Of a DNA stretch of 64,000 nt, positions 55,268 through 64,000 are shown piece after piece. Position 1 is the stretch's first letter. Each line of letters begins with the position of its first letter. Made by a program: the position numbers and the translations under genes. Source of the DNA: Spirochaetota bacterium (GTDB lineage: Bacteria; Spirochaetota; UBA12135; COTS27; CAXSBA01); NCBI GenBank assembly GCA_965277105.1, contig OZ255710.1, positions 792,730 through 856,729 on the forward strand. The letters run 5' to 3'. The notes beneath the pieces were generated by a model, which was not told where the DNA came from, searched no databases, and was given only the letters and a program-made list of their open reading frames with translations.

Positions 55268-55871
55268 AACAGGACTCATTGCTATTCTCAGGCATCTTCC
55301 GGTAGAACAAGCAGAAGAAATAGGGAGTGCTTTGTATGAATTAGGATTTAGAATTTTAGAAGTTCCCTTAAACTCGAACAACGCTTTAAAATCTATAGAA
55401 CTACTAAAAAAAAAACTCCCCTCTGACTGTTTACTAGGAGCAGGAACAGTTTTAGAAAAAAGCGAAGTAAAAAAGGTTTATGAAAGTGGTGGAGAAATCA
55501 TCATTAGTCCTAACTTTAACCCTGCAGTTATCGAAGAAGCGTTTAAGTTGAATTTAATTCCCCTCCCCGGTTGCTTCACCCCCACCGAAATATTTTCGGC
55601 TATTAGCCTTAAAGTAAAAAACCTTAAATTATTCCCTATGGGAGTTATAGGAATCAAAGGCTACCAAGATTTAAAGGCAGTTGTCCCTAGCTTCATTAAC
55701 CTCATACCAGTGGGAGGCATCAACGAAGACAATTTAGCCAGTTATCTAAAAATGGATTGCCGATTTGTCGGAATAGGCTCTAGCCTTTATAAACCCAATA
55801 AACCCCTTGAAGAAATCATTAAAAATGGAAAAGTATTGATGAGTATTTTTAATCAATATGATAAAAGCTGA
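55254..55871 (+). CDS. dgoA: 2-dehydro-3-deoxy-6-phosphogalactonate (KDPGal) aldolase
   Basis: LIAILRHLPVEQAEEIGSALYELGFRILEVPLNS, GAGTVL and the PGCFTPTE pattern belong to the KDPG/KDPGal aldolase family. It is adjacent to dgoK. Confidence 0.8.
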   Translation: MKQIETGLIAILRHLPVEQAEEIGSALYELGFRILEVPLNSNNALKSIELLKKKLPSDCLLGAGTVLEKSEVKKVYESGGEIIISPNFNPAVIEEAFKLNLIPLPGCFTPTEIFSAISLKVKNLKLFPMGVIGIKGYQDLKAVVPSFINLIPVGGINEDNLASYLKMDCRFVGIGSSLYKPNKPLEEIIKNGKVLMSIFNQYDKS

Positions 55872-56736
55872 AGCAGTAAAAGTATTTTCTACCATTAATT
55901 GCGAATTGGGCGAAGGCCCTATTTGGCATCATCAAAGGGGAAGCTGGTTTTGGTTTGATATTACCCAAAATAAATTACTAGAAAAAAAAAGCCTTGAAGA
56001 GAAAACAATAATAAGAGAATTTGATAAAAATATCAGCGTTGCCGGAATTATCGATAAAGATAACCTTTTAGTTGCCAGTGAAATAGGATTACACATTTTA
56101 AACTTAACCCAAGAAAAATGGACTTTAATCGAAGAGATTGAAAAAGACAACCCTGCAACTCGCTCTAATGATGGACGAGTGCACCCTAGTGGGGCTTTTT
56201 GGTTATCGACTATGGGGAAAAAAACCGAAAATAAGCAAGGGAAAATTTATCACTACTTTAAAGGCAAACTAACCCTGCTTTTTTCCGAGCTTACTATCCC
56301 TAACGCTATTTGTTTTAATGCTACGGGAGATAGAGGCTATTTTACCGATACCCCCACCCAAAAAATAATGGGAGTAGCATTAGACCCACAGAATGGAATG
56401 CCCTTAAATAAAGGGAAAGTTTTTACCGAAATTCAGAAAAACCCCGATGGGGCAATTATTGATAATCAAGGGAATCTACTTTGCGCTCACTGGGGAACTC
56501 AAAAAGTAATTGCCTACTCCAAGCTAGGTCAAGAAATAACTCAGTTTAAATTGCCAGCGAAGCAAATCAGCTGCCCGGCTTTAGGTGGAAAAGGACTTAA
56601 CCAATTACTAGTAACCAGTGCTAAGCAAGAATTAACCGCAAAAGAGTTAGGAAAAGACCCTTTAGCTGGCAACACTTTTATTATGAAAACTTCCCTAAAA
56701 GGCTTAAAAGAAAATTTAGTAAGGTATAAAAAATGA
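55858..56736 (+). CDS. SMP-30/gluconolactonase/LRE-family lactonase
   Basis: LGEGPIWH...WFWFDI, RSNDGRVHPSG, PNAICF and PDGAIIDNQGNL are beta-propeller lactonase motifs. Confidence 0.8.
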   Translation: MIKAEAVKVFSTINCELGEGPIWHHQRGSWFWFDITQNKLLEKKSLEEKTIIREFDKNISVAGIIDKDNLLVASEIGLHILNLTQEKWTLIEEIEKDNPATRSNDGRVHPSGAFWLSTMGKKTENKQGKIYHYFKGKLTLLFSELTIPNAICFNATGDRGYFTDTPTQKIMGVALDPQNGMPLNKGKVFTEIQKNPDGAIIDNQGNLLCAHWGTQKVIAYSKLGQEITQFKLPAKQISCPALGGKGLNQLLVTSAKQELTAKELGKDPLAGNTFIMKTSLKGLKENLVRYKK

Positions 56737-58712
56737 AAAAAAAAAATTTCTCATTAACCCCTTCACTGGGCGTTTGTTACTACCCCGAACACTGGGATAA
56801 TGCCCATTGGTCCGAAGACATTGCCATCATGAAAAAAATAGGAATAAAATGGGTGCGAATAGGAGAATTTGCTTGGAGTAGGATTGAGCCCACTAGGAAT
56901 AAGTTTAATGTGAAATGGCTAGAAGAAATTTTAGACCTTTTTTATAAGAACAAAATAATGGTGATTTTCGGAACTCCTACGGCTACTCCCCCCAAGTGGT
57001 TAATAGATGAAATTCCTAGTATTCTCGCTAGAGATGAAATGGGAAATGTCCGACAATTCGGTTCTAGGAGGCACTACTGTTTTTCTAGTGAAAAATATTT
57101 AAAAGAATGCAGAAGGATTATAACTTTTTTATTAAAAAAATTTCACCAGCACCCAGCCATTAAAATGTGGCAAACCGATAACGAATATAGCTGCCACGAT
57201 ACCACCTTAAGCTATAGTGATAATGCTAAAATGGCTTTTCGAAAATGGCTGCAGAAAAAATACAATAAAATATCATTATTAAACGAAGCATGGGGCAATG
57301 TGTTTTGGAGTATGGAATACAATAGTTTTAATGAGATAGACCTTCCTCACCTAACTCCAACGGAAGCGAATCCTAGTCATCTGCAGGATTTTCATCGTTT
57401 TAGCTCGGATCAACTTGTTCGTTTTAACCGCGAGCAAACCAATCTTATAAAAAAATTTAACCCTACCCTAGAAATTACTCATAACTTTATGGGATTTACC
57501 CTTGATTTTGACCACTATAAAGTAGCCGAAGATCTAACCATTAGTAGTTGGGATGCTTATCCTCTAGGTTATTTACAAAACCTATTTGAAGACACTGAGC
57601 ATAAAAAAAAGTACTTACGAGTAGGCGACCCTGACTTCCAAGCTTTTCATCACGATTTATATAGAAGTTTAAATGGCCGATTTGGTGTTATGGAGCAACA
57701 GCCTGGGGCTGTAAACTGGGCTAAATTTAATCCCAACCCAAGCGAAGCTACTTTAAGGATGTGGGTTTGGGAAGCTTTTGCTCATGGGGCTTCATTCGTT
57801 AATTTCTTTCGATTTAGACAAAGCCATTTTGCTCAAGAACAAATGCATGAAGGGGTATTGCTCCCCAATAGAAAGCCCAATAAAGCTTATAGGGTAATTA
57901 AAAAAGTTAGCGAGGAAATTGCTAACATTCAACTTAAAGAGCAGAAACCCCTAAAAGAAGTGGGGATTATTTTAGATTACGAGAGTTACTGGAGTTGGCA
58001 AATTCAACCTCAAGGCAAAGGACTAAACTATTTTAGGCTAATTTTTTCTTGGTATCACACCCTTAGAAAAAAAGGACTTAACGTTCATTTTCTTTCCCCC
58101 ACTGCTAGCGATTTAAAAGAATATAAACTCATTATTGCATCTGGGCTTACTTTTTTAAATCAAACTTTTGTAGAAAATTTAGCTAAAAGCCCCGCTACTA
58201 TTTTGCTAGGGCCGAGAGTTGGAAGTAAAACGTCTGACTTTCAAATCCCCGAGAATTTACCTCCAGAGCATTTGCAGACCATTTTAAACTTCCAAGTTCA
58301 AGGAGTAGAAACCACCCCTCCAGAAATTACCATCCCCCTTAAAGAAAATCCCAACTTTCACTTCACCAGTTGGCGGGAGTATATTGAAATTATTGACCCT
58401 AAGATAAAAGTCAAACTAACTACTAATGACAACAACCCTGCTCTAATAGAAAAAGGGAATCTCTCCTATGTAACTGGAATTCCTAATAAAGATTTAATGG
58501 AAAAAATTATTGATAACCAACTAAAAAAAGCAAAGCTTTCTTCGCTTACGCTACCCGATTCCATTCGATTAGTTAAAACTAATGATTATCTATTTTTCAC
58601 CAATTATGGGGGACAAGCGAGATCTTTAAAAAAGTTAATTCATAATAAAAAAATCGTGCTAGGTGAAGAAAAAATCTCTCCCTCTAGTATAGCCATTGTA
58701 AAAAATAGTTAA
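56733..58712 (+). CDS. Beta-galactosidase, GH42
   Basis: GVCYYPEHW, IGEFAWSRIEP, WQTDNEY and the trimerisation/C-terminal domains. 659 aa. Confidence 0.85.
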   Translation: MKKKNFSLTPSLGVCYYPEHWDNAHWSEDIAIMKKIGIKWVRIGEFAWSRIEPTRNKFNVKWLEEILDLFYKNKIMVIFGTPTATPPKWLIDEIPSILARDEMGNVRQFGSRRHYCFSSEKYLKECRRIITFLLKKFHQHPAIKMWQTDNEYSCHDTTLSYSDNAKMAFRKWLQKKYNKISLLNEAWGNVFWSMEYNSFNEIDLPHLTPTEANPSHLQDFHRFSSDQLVRFNREQTNLIKKFNPTLEITHNFMGFTLDFDHYKVAEDLTISSWDAYPLGYLQNLFEDTEHKKKYLRVGDPDFQAFHHDLYRSLNGRFGVMEQQPGAVNWAKFNPNPSEATLRMWVWEAFAHGASFVNFFRFRQSHFAQEQMHEGVLLPNRKPNKAYRVIKKVSEEIANIQLKEQKPLKEVGIILDYESYWSWQIQPQGKGLNYFRLIFSWYHTLRKKGLNVHFLSPTASDLKEYKLIIASGLTFLNQTFVENLAKSPATILLGPRVGSKTSDFQIPENLPPEHLQTILNFQVQGVETTPPEITIPLKENPNFHFTSWREYIEIIDPKIKVKLTTNDNNPALIEKGNLSYVTGIPNKDLMEKIIDNQLKKAKLSSLTLPDSIRLVKTNDYLFFTNYGGQARSLKKLIHNKKIVLGEEKISPSSIAIVKNS

Positions 58713-58878
58713 AAAAGCCACCTTTTAAAATAGTTTAAAGTGGCTACTGCTTATAAAAAAATACAAAAAAATTCCTCTTAGATTTATCAAAGGCAACTTT
58801 CTATTAAATTCAATTTTTTTATAATTTTTTGTAAAAAAAAAAAAAATATTGTATAATGTTTTATACATTTAAATTTTA

Positions 58879-59547
58879 ATGATTAAGCTAATAAACTATT
58901 CTGTCGGACAAAAAATAATAGTAAGCCTAAGCGGTTTATTTTTAGTTACTTTCGTTATTGTTCATTTACTTGGTAACTTTTTGCTATTCTGGGGGCAAGA
59001 CGCTTTCAACACTTACGCCTATCTCCTTACTCGCAACAAAGCTATTTTGTATATCCTAGAAGCTGGTATTATCGCTGGTTTTCTCGCTCACATTATTCTA
59101 ACTATCAAACTCACTTGGAAAAATAGAAAATCGCGAGGGGAAGTTGCTTATTTTAAAAAGAAAAAAATGGGGAAAAGTACTATTTTTTCGGCTAATATGG
59201 GAATTGCTGGTGGATATATATTACTCTTTCTCATCATCCACATCAAAAGCTTCAAATACGGAGAGACGCCCATGGTAGGCATAAATTCCTTTCCTGACGC
59301 TCTAGTACGAGATTTATACACCTTAGTAGTGGAAAGTTTTAAAGATCCGCTTTATTCATCTTTTTATTGTTTAGGAATGCTTTTTTTAGGTGGGCATCTC
59401 TCGCATGGTTTCCAAAGTGCCTTCAAATCATTAGGACTTTACCAGACAAGCTGGGAGAAACCTTTAAAAAGAATATCTGTTACTCTAGGAATTTTAATTG
59501 GGGGCGGATTTATGAGTATTCCTCTTTATTTTTATTTTATAGGTTAA
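58879..59547 (+). CDS. sdhC: Succinate dehydrogenase/fumarate reductase cytochrome b subunit (b558, type B)
   Basis: 222 aa with five TM helices. SVGQKIIVSLSGLFLVTFVIVHLLGN carries the conserved His. It is followed by the flavoprotein and Fe-S subunits. Confidence 0.8.
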   Translation: MIKLINYSVGQKIIVSLSGLFLVTFVIVHLLGNFLLFWGQDAFNTYAYLLTRNKAILYILEAGIIAGFLAHIILTIKLTWKNRKSRGEVAYFKKKKMGKSTIFSANMGIAGGYILLFLIIHIKSFKYGETPMVGINSFPDALVRDLYTLVVESFKDPLYSSFYCLGMLFLGGHLSHGFQSAFKSLGLYQTSWEKPLKRISVTLGILIGGGFMSIPLYFYFIG

Positions 59548-59550
59548 AAA

Positions 59551-61464
59551 ATGAAATTAGACGCCAAAATTCCTAGTGGTCCTTTAGAAAGTAAATGGAG
59601 CAAGCATAAATCTGATTTAAAATTAGTTAATCCAGCTAATAAACGAAAGTTTGAAGTAATTGTAGTAGGAACCGGTTTAGCTGGTTCTTCAGCTGCTGCC
59701 ACTTTATCGGAATTAGGTTATAAAGTTAAAGTTTTCTGCATCCAAGATAGCCCCCGTCGAGCTCATTCTATTGCCGCTCAAGGAGGAATTAATGCTGCTA
59801 AAAATTACCAAAACGATGGAGACAGCGTTTATCGATTATTTTACGACACCATAAAAGGTGGAGACTACCGATCTAGAGAAGCAAATGTTTATCGCCTAGC
59901 CGAATTATCGGTTAATATTATCGACCAATGCACAGCCCAAGGGGTTCCTTTCGCTAGAGAATACGGAGGACTTTTAGACAACCGCTCTTTTGGTGGAGCT
60001 CAAGTATCCAGGACCTTTTATGCCCGTGGGCAAACTGGGCAACAATTACTATTAGGAGCTTACTCTTCTTTAATGAAAGAAGCAAGTCGCGACAACGTTA
60101 CCATTTACAGCCGTCATGAAATGCTAGATTTGGTATTAGTCAACGGCAAAGCCCGTGGTATTGTCACTAGGAATTTAACCAATGGGGAAATCAAATCCCA
60201 CTCAGCCCATGCGGTACTCCTGTGTACTGGTGGTTATGGTAATGTTTTTTATCTTTCCACTAATGCTATGGCTAGTAATGTTTCAGCTACTTACCGAGCT
60301 TTTAAAAAAGGGGCGCTTTTTGGCAACCCTTGCTACACTCAAATTCACCCCACCTGTATCCCAGTTTCAGGAGATTATCAATCTAAGCTAACCCTTATGA
60401 GTGAATCCCTTAGGAATGATGGAAGAGTATGGGTGCCTAGACAGGCTAGAGATCGGAGACTTCCCGAAGAAATTGCTGAAGAAGAACGAGATTATTATTT
60501 AGAGAGAAAATACCCTAGTTTTGGGAACTTAGTCCCTCGCGATGTGGCTTCTCGAAATGCAAAAGAAATGTGTGATGCGGGTAAAGGCGTAGGAGAAACC
60601 CAGTTAGCCGTTTATCTTGATTTTGCTGATTCGATAAAAAGACTAGGAGAAAAAACTATTAGTGAAAAGTACGGTAATCTTTTCGAGATTTATGAGAAAA
60701 TTACTGGCGATAACCCCTATAAAACCCCTATGCGAATTTATCCCGCTATCCACTATACTATGGGTGGTTTATGGGTAGATTACAACTTAATGAGTAATGT
60801 CGAAGGGCTTTTTGTCCTTGGTGAGGCCAACTTTTCAGACCATGGGGCTAATCGGCTAGGAGCTTCTGCGCTAATGCAAGGGCTAGCTGATGGTTATTTT
60901 GTCATCCCCTACACTTTAGGAAATTATTTAGCTTCCACCCAACTAGAACCAGTAAGCGCAACGCAAGATGAATTTAAAGAAAGTGAAAAGCACTTAAAAA
61001 GCGATATCCAAAACCTACTAAATAAAAAAGGGAAATTCCCGGTGGATCATTTTCATCGGAGACTAGGGAGAATTGTTTGGGATTACTGTGGTATGAGTAG
61101 GAACGCAGAAGGCTTAAAAAAAGCCACTAGTATGATTGAGAAATTAGAAAAAGAATTTCAAGAAGATGTATCCGTAGTGGGGGAAAACGATGGACTCAAC
61201 AGCTCTTTAGAAAAAGCGGGAAGAGTAAAAGACTTTATTGCTTTTGCTAAAATAATGATGAAAGACGCCTTGACGAGAGAAGAATCCTGTGGGGGACACT
61301 TTCGAGAAGAGCACCAAACCCCGGAGAACGAAGCCAAAAGGGATGATGAAAATTTTTCTCATGTTAGTAACTGGAAATACCAAGGAGAAGGCAAAGAAGC
61401 TACTCTAGTCAAAGAAGAGTTAGTCTTCGAAAACGTTAAACCATCTACTAGGAGTTATAAATAA
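59551..61464 (+). CDS. sdhA: Succinate dehydrogenase/fumarate reductase flavoprotein subunit
   Basis: [28 protein letters not shown] (FAD-linking His), HYTMGG and SCGGHFREE. Confidence 0.92.
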   Translation: MKLDAKIPSGPLESKWSKHKSDLKLVNPANKRKFEVIVVGTGLAGSSAAATLSELGYKVKVFCIQDSPRRAHSIAAQGGINAAKNYQNDGDSVYRLFYDTIKGGDYRSREANVYRLAELSVNIIDQCTAQGVPFAREYGGLLDNRSFGGAQVSRTFYARGQTGQQLLLGAYSSLMKEASRDNVTIYSRHEMLDLVLVNGKARGIVTRNLTNGEIKSHSAHAVLLCTGGYGNVFYLSTNAMASNVSATYRAFKKGALFGNPCYTQIHPTCIPVSGDYQSKLTLMSESLRNDGRVWVPRQARDRRLPEEIAEEERDYYLERKYPSFGNLVPRDVASRNAKEMCDAGKGVGETQLAVYLDFADSIKRLGEKTISEKYGNLFEIYEKITGDNPYKTPMRIYPAIHYTMGGLWVDYNLMSNVEGLFVLGEANFSDHGANRLGASALMQGLADGYFVIPYTLGNYLASTQLEPVSATQDEFKESEKHLKSDIQNLLNKKGKFPVDHFHRRLGRIVWDYCGMSRNAEGLKKATSMIEKLEKEFQEDVSVVGENDGLNSSLEKAGRVKDFIAFAKIMMKDALTREESCGGHFREEHQTPENEAKRDDENFSHVSNWKYQGEGKEATLVKEELVFENVKPSTRSYK

Positions 61465-62217
61465 ATGAAAAAAACCATTAACTTAACTTTAAAGATTTGG
61501 AGGCAAAAAAATCAAAATACTCCTGGAAAAATCGAAACTTATCCTCTTAAAGACTTAAATGTCAACATATCTTTTCTAGAAATGCTTGACATCTTAAACG
61601 ACCAACTAGAAGCCAAAGGAGAAGAGCCGGTAGCTTTTGAGCATGATTGTCGAGAAGGAATTTGTGGTTCTTGCGGGATTATGATTAATGGGAAAGCTCA
61701 CGGAGGGTATAAGCAAACCACCACCTGCCAACTCCACCTTCGTAAGTTTAGTGATGGAGAAGAAATTTATTTAGAGCCCTGGCGTTCTCGAAGTTTTCCA
61801 GTAATTAAAGACTTAGTAGTCAACCGTAATGCTTTTGATAAAATTATCAAATCCGGTGGTTATGTTTCAGTTAGGGTTGGTTCTGCTCCTGAAGCCAACA
61901 GCACCCCTATTCCTAAAAAAGATGCCGACTTAGCTTTTGGAGCTGCTACTTGTATTGGTTGTGGGGCTTGCGTGGCTACTTGCAAAAACTCTTCTGCTAG
62001 TCTTTTTATGGCCGCTAAAGTTTCTCATCTTTCTCTACTCCCTCAAGGCAAGGTAGAAAGAAAATCAAGGGTGCTGAACATGGTAAAAACCATGGATGAT
62101 CTTGGTTTTGGGGCCTGCACCAATGAAGCGGAATGCGAAGTGGCTTGTCCTAAGGGGATTTCTTTTTCTTATATTGCTAATATGAATAAAGAATTACTAA
62201 AAGCCAATCTTAAATAA
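61465..62217 (+). CDS. sdhB: Succinate dehydrogenase/fumarate reductase iron-sulfur subunit
   Basis: [10 protein letters not shown] (2Fe-2S), [11 protein letters not shown] and [12 protein letters not shown] clusters. Confidence 0.92.
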   Translation: MKKTINLTLKIWRQKNQNTPGKIETYPLKDLNVNISFLEMLDILNDQLEAKGEEPVAFEHDCREGICGSCGIMINGKAHGGYKQTTTCQLHLRKFSDGEEIYLEPWRSRSFPVIKDLVVNRNAFDKIIKSGGYVSVRVGSAPEANSTPIPKKDADLAFGAATCIGCGACVATCKNSSASLFMAAKVSHLSLLPQGKVERKSRVLNMVKTMDDLGFGACTNEAECEVACPKGISFSYIANMNKELLKANLK

Positions 62218-62238
62218 ATATTTTTTAAAAAAATCAAG

Positions 62239-63366
62239 ATGGGAAAAGCTGAAATTAAAAAAGGGCTATATGGCGTTGTCGTTGATGAAACTAGCATTTC
62301 TAAAGTAATGCCCGAGACCAACTCCCTTACCTATCGTGGGTATCCAGTACAAGACCTGTCGGAAAAATCTAATTTCATAGAAGTTGCTTACTTACTCCTT
62401 AAAGGAGAACTTCCAAATCAAGAGCAATTAAGAGAATTTACTAACCAAGAAAAATCTCTGAGAAGAGTTAGCGATAATCTATTAAAGGTCATTAATTTAA
62501 TCCCTAAAGATTCTCACCCTATGGATATGGTTCGAACGGCCATTAGCTATTTAGCCTTAGAGCAAAAAAACTTAGAAGACCGAAGTGAGGCAAATTATTT
62601 TTCTCATACGGTTAATATCTTAGCTAAAACTCCTACCATTATTGCTTACCTTATAAGGCAAAGGAAAAATCTAGCATTAATCCACCCTGACGAAAATTTG
62701 GATTTTGTCGAGAATTTTTTCCATATGTGTTTTGGAGAAATTCCTAGTAGCAATATCGTTAAAGCCTTTGATGTCTCTATGATACTGTACGCCGAGCATA
62801 GTTTTAATGCTTCAACTTTCACCACTAGGGTAATTAGCAGTAGTTTAGCCGATTTTTATGGGGCTATTTGTGGAGGAATTGCTAGTCTCAAAGGGCCTCT
62901 CCATGGAGGAGCTAACGAAGCAGTGATGAAAATGCTTTTAGAAATAGGTAGCGCTGAAAAAGCAGAAGAGTGGGTAAAAAATGCCTTTGCCGAAAAAAGG
63001 GTTATTATGGGATTTGGCCATCGAGTTTACAAAAATGGTGATTCTAGGGTGCCTACCATGAAAAAGTACTATGTTCAAATTGCTGAAGAATTAGGTAAAT
63101 TAGAATTTTTAAAAATCTCTAATAAAATAGAAGAGATGATTATAGCTCAAAAAAATATTTACCCCAATTTGGATTTTCCTGCTGGCCCTACCTACTACCT
63201 AATGGGATTTGATATTGACTTTTTTACTCCATTTTTTGTCATGAGTAGGATTACTGGGTGGGCAGCTCATATTATCGAGCAGAGCCAAGCCAATCGACTC
63301 ATTCGTCCTTTATCTTTCTACAATGGAGAACCGCAAAGAAGCGTAAAAGCTCTAAATGAGCGTTAA
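62239..63366 (+). CDS. gltA: Citrate synthase (small, type I/II-like, 375 aa)
   Basis: LTYRGYPV, HPMDM, AEHSFNASTF, GPLHGGANE and GFGHRVYK..DPR-like motifs. Confidence 0.88.
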   Translation: MGKAEIKKGLYGVVVDETSISKVMPETNSLTYRGYPVQDLSEKSNFIEVAYLLLKGELPNQEQLREFTNQEKSLRRVSDNLLKVINLIPKDSHPMDMVRTAISYLALEQKNLEDRSEANYFSHTVNILAKTPTIIAYLIRQRKNLALIHPDENLDFVENFFHMCFGEIPSSNIVKAFDVSMILYAEHSFNASTFTTRVISSSLADFYGAICGGIASLKGPLHGGANEAVMKMLLEIGSAEKAEEWVKNAFAEKRVIMGFGHRVYKNGDSRVPTMKKYYVQIAEELGKLEFLKISNKIEEMIIAQKNIYPNLDFPAGPTYYLMGFDIDFFTPFFVMSRITGWAAHIIEQSQANRLIRPLSFYNGEPQRSVKALNER

Positions 63367-63421
63367 TCTTTTTTGTTAAAGATAAGTTATTCTTTTTAAA
63401 TAATTTTATTTTATAGACGAA

Positions 63422-64000
63422 TTAATCTTCCAATTTTTTATAGAAGGGATGAAACCTTTCCAAGGTTTCTATTAAATCTTTATTCACCAGATGAGTATAT
63501 TTCTCGGTTGTTCTAATGCTCTCATGCCCAAGTAATTCTTGCACCATTCTAATATTTAGTCCATTTCGTAGCAGATGAGTTGCATACATATGACGAAAAC
63601 TATGCGGGGATAAACCACTTTCGCTAAAATTTTTTTTAATTATTTTCCAAATTCCAATACGGGAAATTTTTTTTCCTTGAAGATTTAAAAATAAGTAGGA
63701 AGAATCCATTCCTACTTTTACAGTTAAAAGTGGTCTGATTTTTCTTACATAAATTTTTAATTTATCTAAAAAAGCATGGGTAATGGGCACTATCCGGCTC
63801 TTATTCCCCTTCCCCAGCAAAGTGACTACTCCTTCTTGCCAATTTATTTTATCTAAAGTTAAATGATTAAGCTCGCTGACTCTAGCCCCTAAAACATAAA
63901 GCCCCTCTAAAATGAGCTGGTCGCGATAAAACTTTTTCTTTTTAAGAAAATCGCCACCTTCATCAAACCATTTCAGGTTATTTTTCTTTTCAAAATTAGT
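63422..64000 (-). CDS. Tyrosine recombinase (XerC/XerD-like), 5' end beyond the window
   Basis: The frame is open to the window edge. YRDQLILEGLYVLGARVSELNHLTL, LGKGNKSRIVP, HSFRHMYATHLL and LGHESIRTTEKYTH give the R..H-R-Y catalytic set. Confidence 0.85.
   Translation of the reverse strand, partial: TNFEKKNNLKWFDEGGDFLKKKKFYRDQLILEGLYVLGARVSELNHLTLDKINWQEGVVTLLGKGNKSRIVPITHAFLDKLKIYVRKIRPLLTVKVGMDSSYLFLNLQGKKISRIGIWKIIKKNFSESGLSPHSFRHMYATHLLRNGLNIRMVQELLGHESIRTTEKYTHLVNKDLIETLERFHPFYKKLED

Noticed and set aside
63422-64000. The tyrosine recombinase at the window edge as the integrase of the tRNA-Thr island.
   Set aside because: It lies 31 kb beyond the att-like repeat, is separated from it by core metabolic operons, and has XerC/XerD-like motifs. 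It is more likely a housekeeping or unrelated recombinase.

Overview
This is an AT-rich bacterial chromosomal window, about one-third GC by eye. I cannot assign a taxon from the sequence alone. It falls into three zones.

(1) 1-5.7 kb holds core genes: folD, cfa, a membrane HAMP/class III adenylate cyclase, and tRNA-Thr(GGU).

(2) ~5.7-32.3 kb is an accessory island. It begins at the tRNA-Thr 3' end, and an 11-bp copy of that end (ctgcttgtggg) recurs at 32304..32314. The island contains:
- (a) A tandem array of paralogous lipoprotein genes I do not recognise. Five are intact, two are pseudogenes, and there is a ~0.9-kb patch of interleaved gene fragments. The genes are built from 2-4 Cys-pair modules, are separated by a conserved ~240-bp terminator/promoter cassette, and show chimeric (gene-conversion-like) structure.
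- (b) An orphan class III nucleotidyl-cyclase-like gene.
- (c) A contractile phage-tail module with a lysis cassette: sheath, tube, chaperone pair, tape-measure candidate, baseplate V/W/J/I-like genes and two collar-domain fibres. There are no capsid, protease or terminase genes, the portal-like gene is broken, and a ParB-like gene is decayed. This is either a tailocin-like domesticated element or a decaying prophage.

(3) 32.3-64 kb holds carbohydrate and central metabolism:
- two CUT1-type sugar ABC systems
- a GH63-like hydrolase
- glpD/glpK
- GH36 alpha-galactosidase and GH42 beta-galactosidase
- a De Ley-Doudoroff-type galactonate set (SDR, dgoK, dgoA, lactonase)
- type-B sdhCAB and gltA
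- a partial Xer-like tyrosine recombinase at the window edge

A recurring oddity: at least three genes (a membrane protein, the portal-like gene and dgoK), plus the tail chaperone pair, are split exactly at A/T homopolymer runs of 6-9 nt. In each case deleting one nucleotide restores a single frame. This could be assembly error, slippage-dependent expression, or decay; I cannot tell which from the sequence. All functional calls come from motif recognition by eye. No database search was possible.
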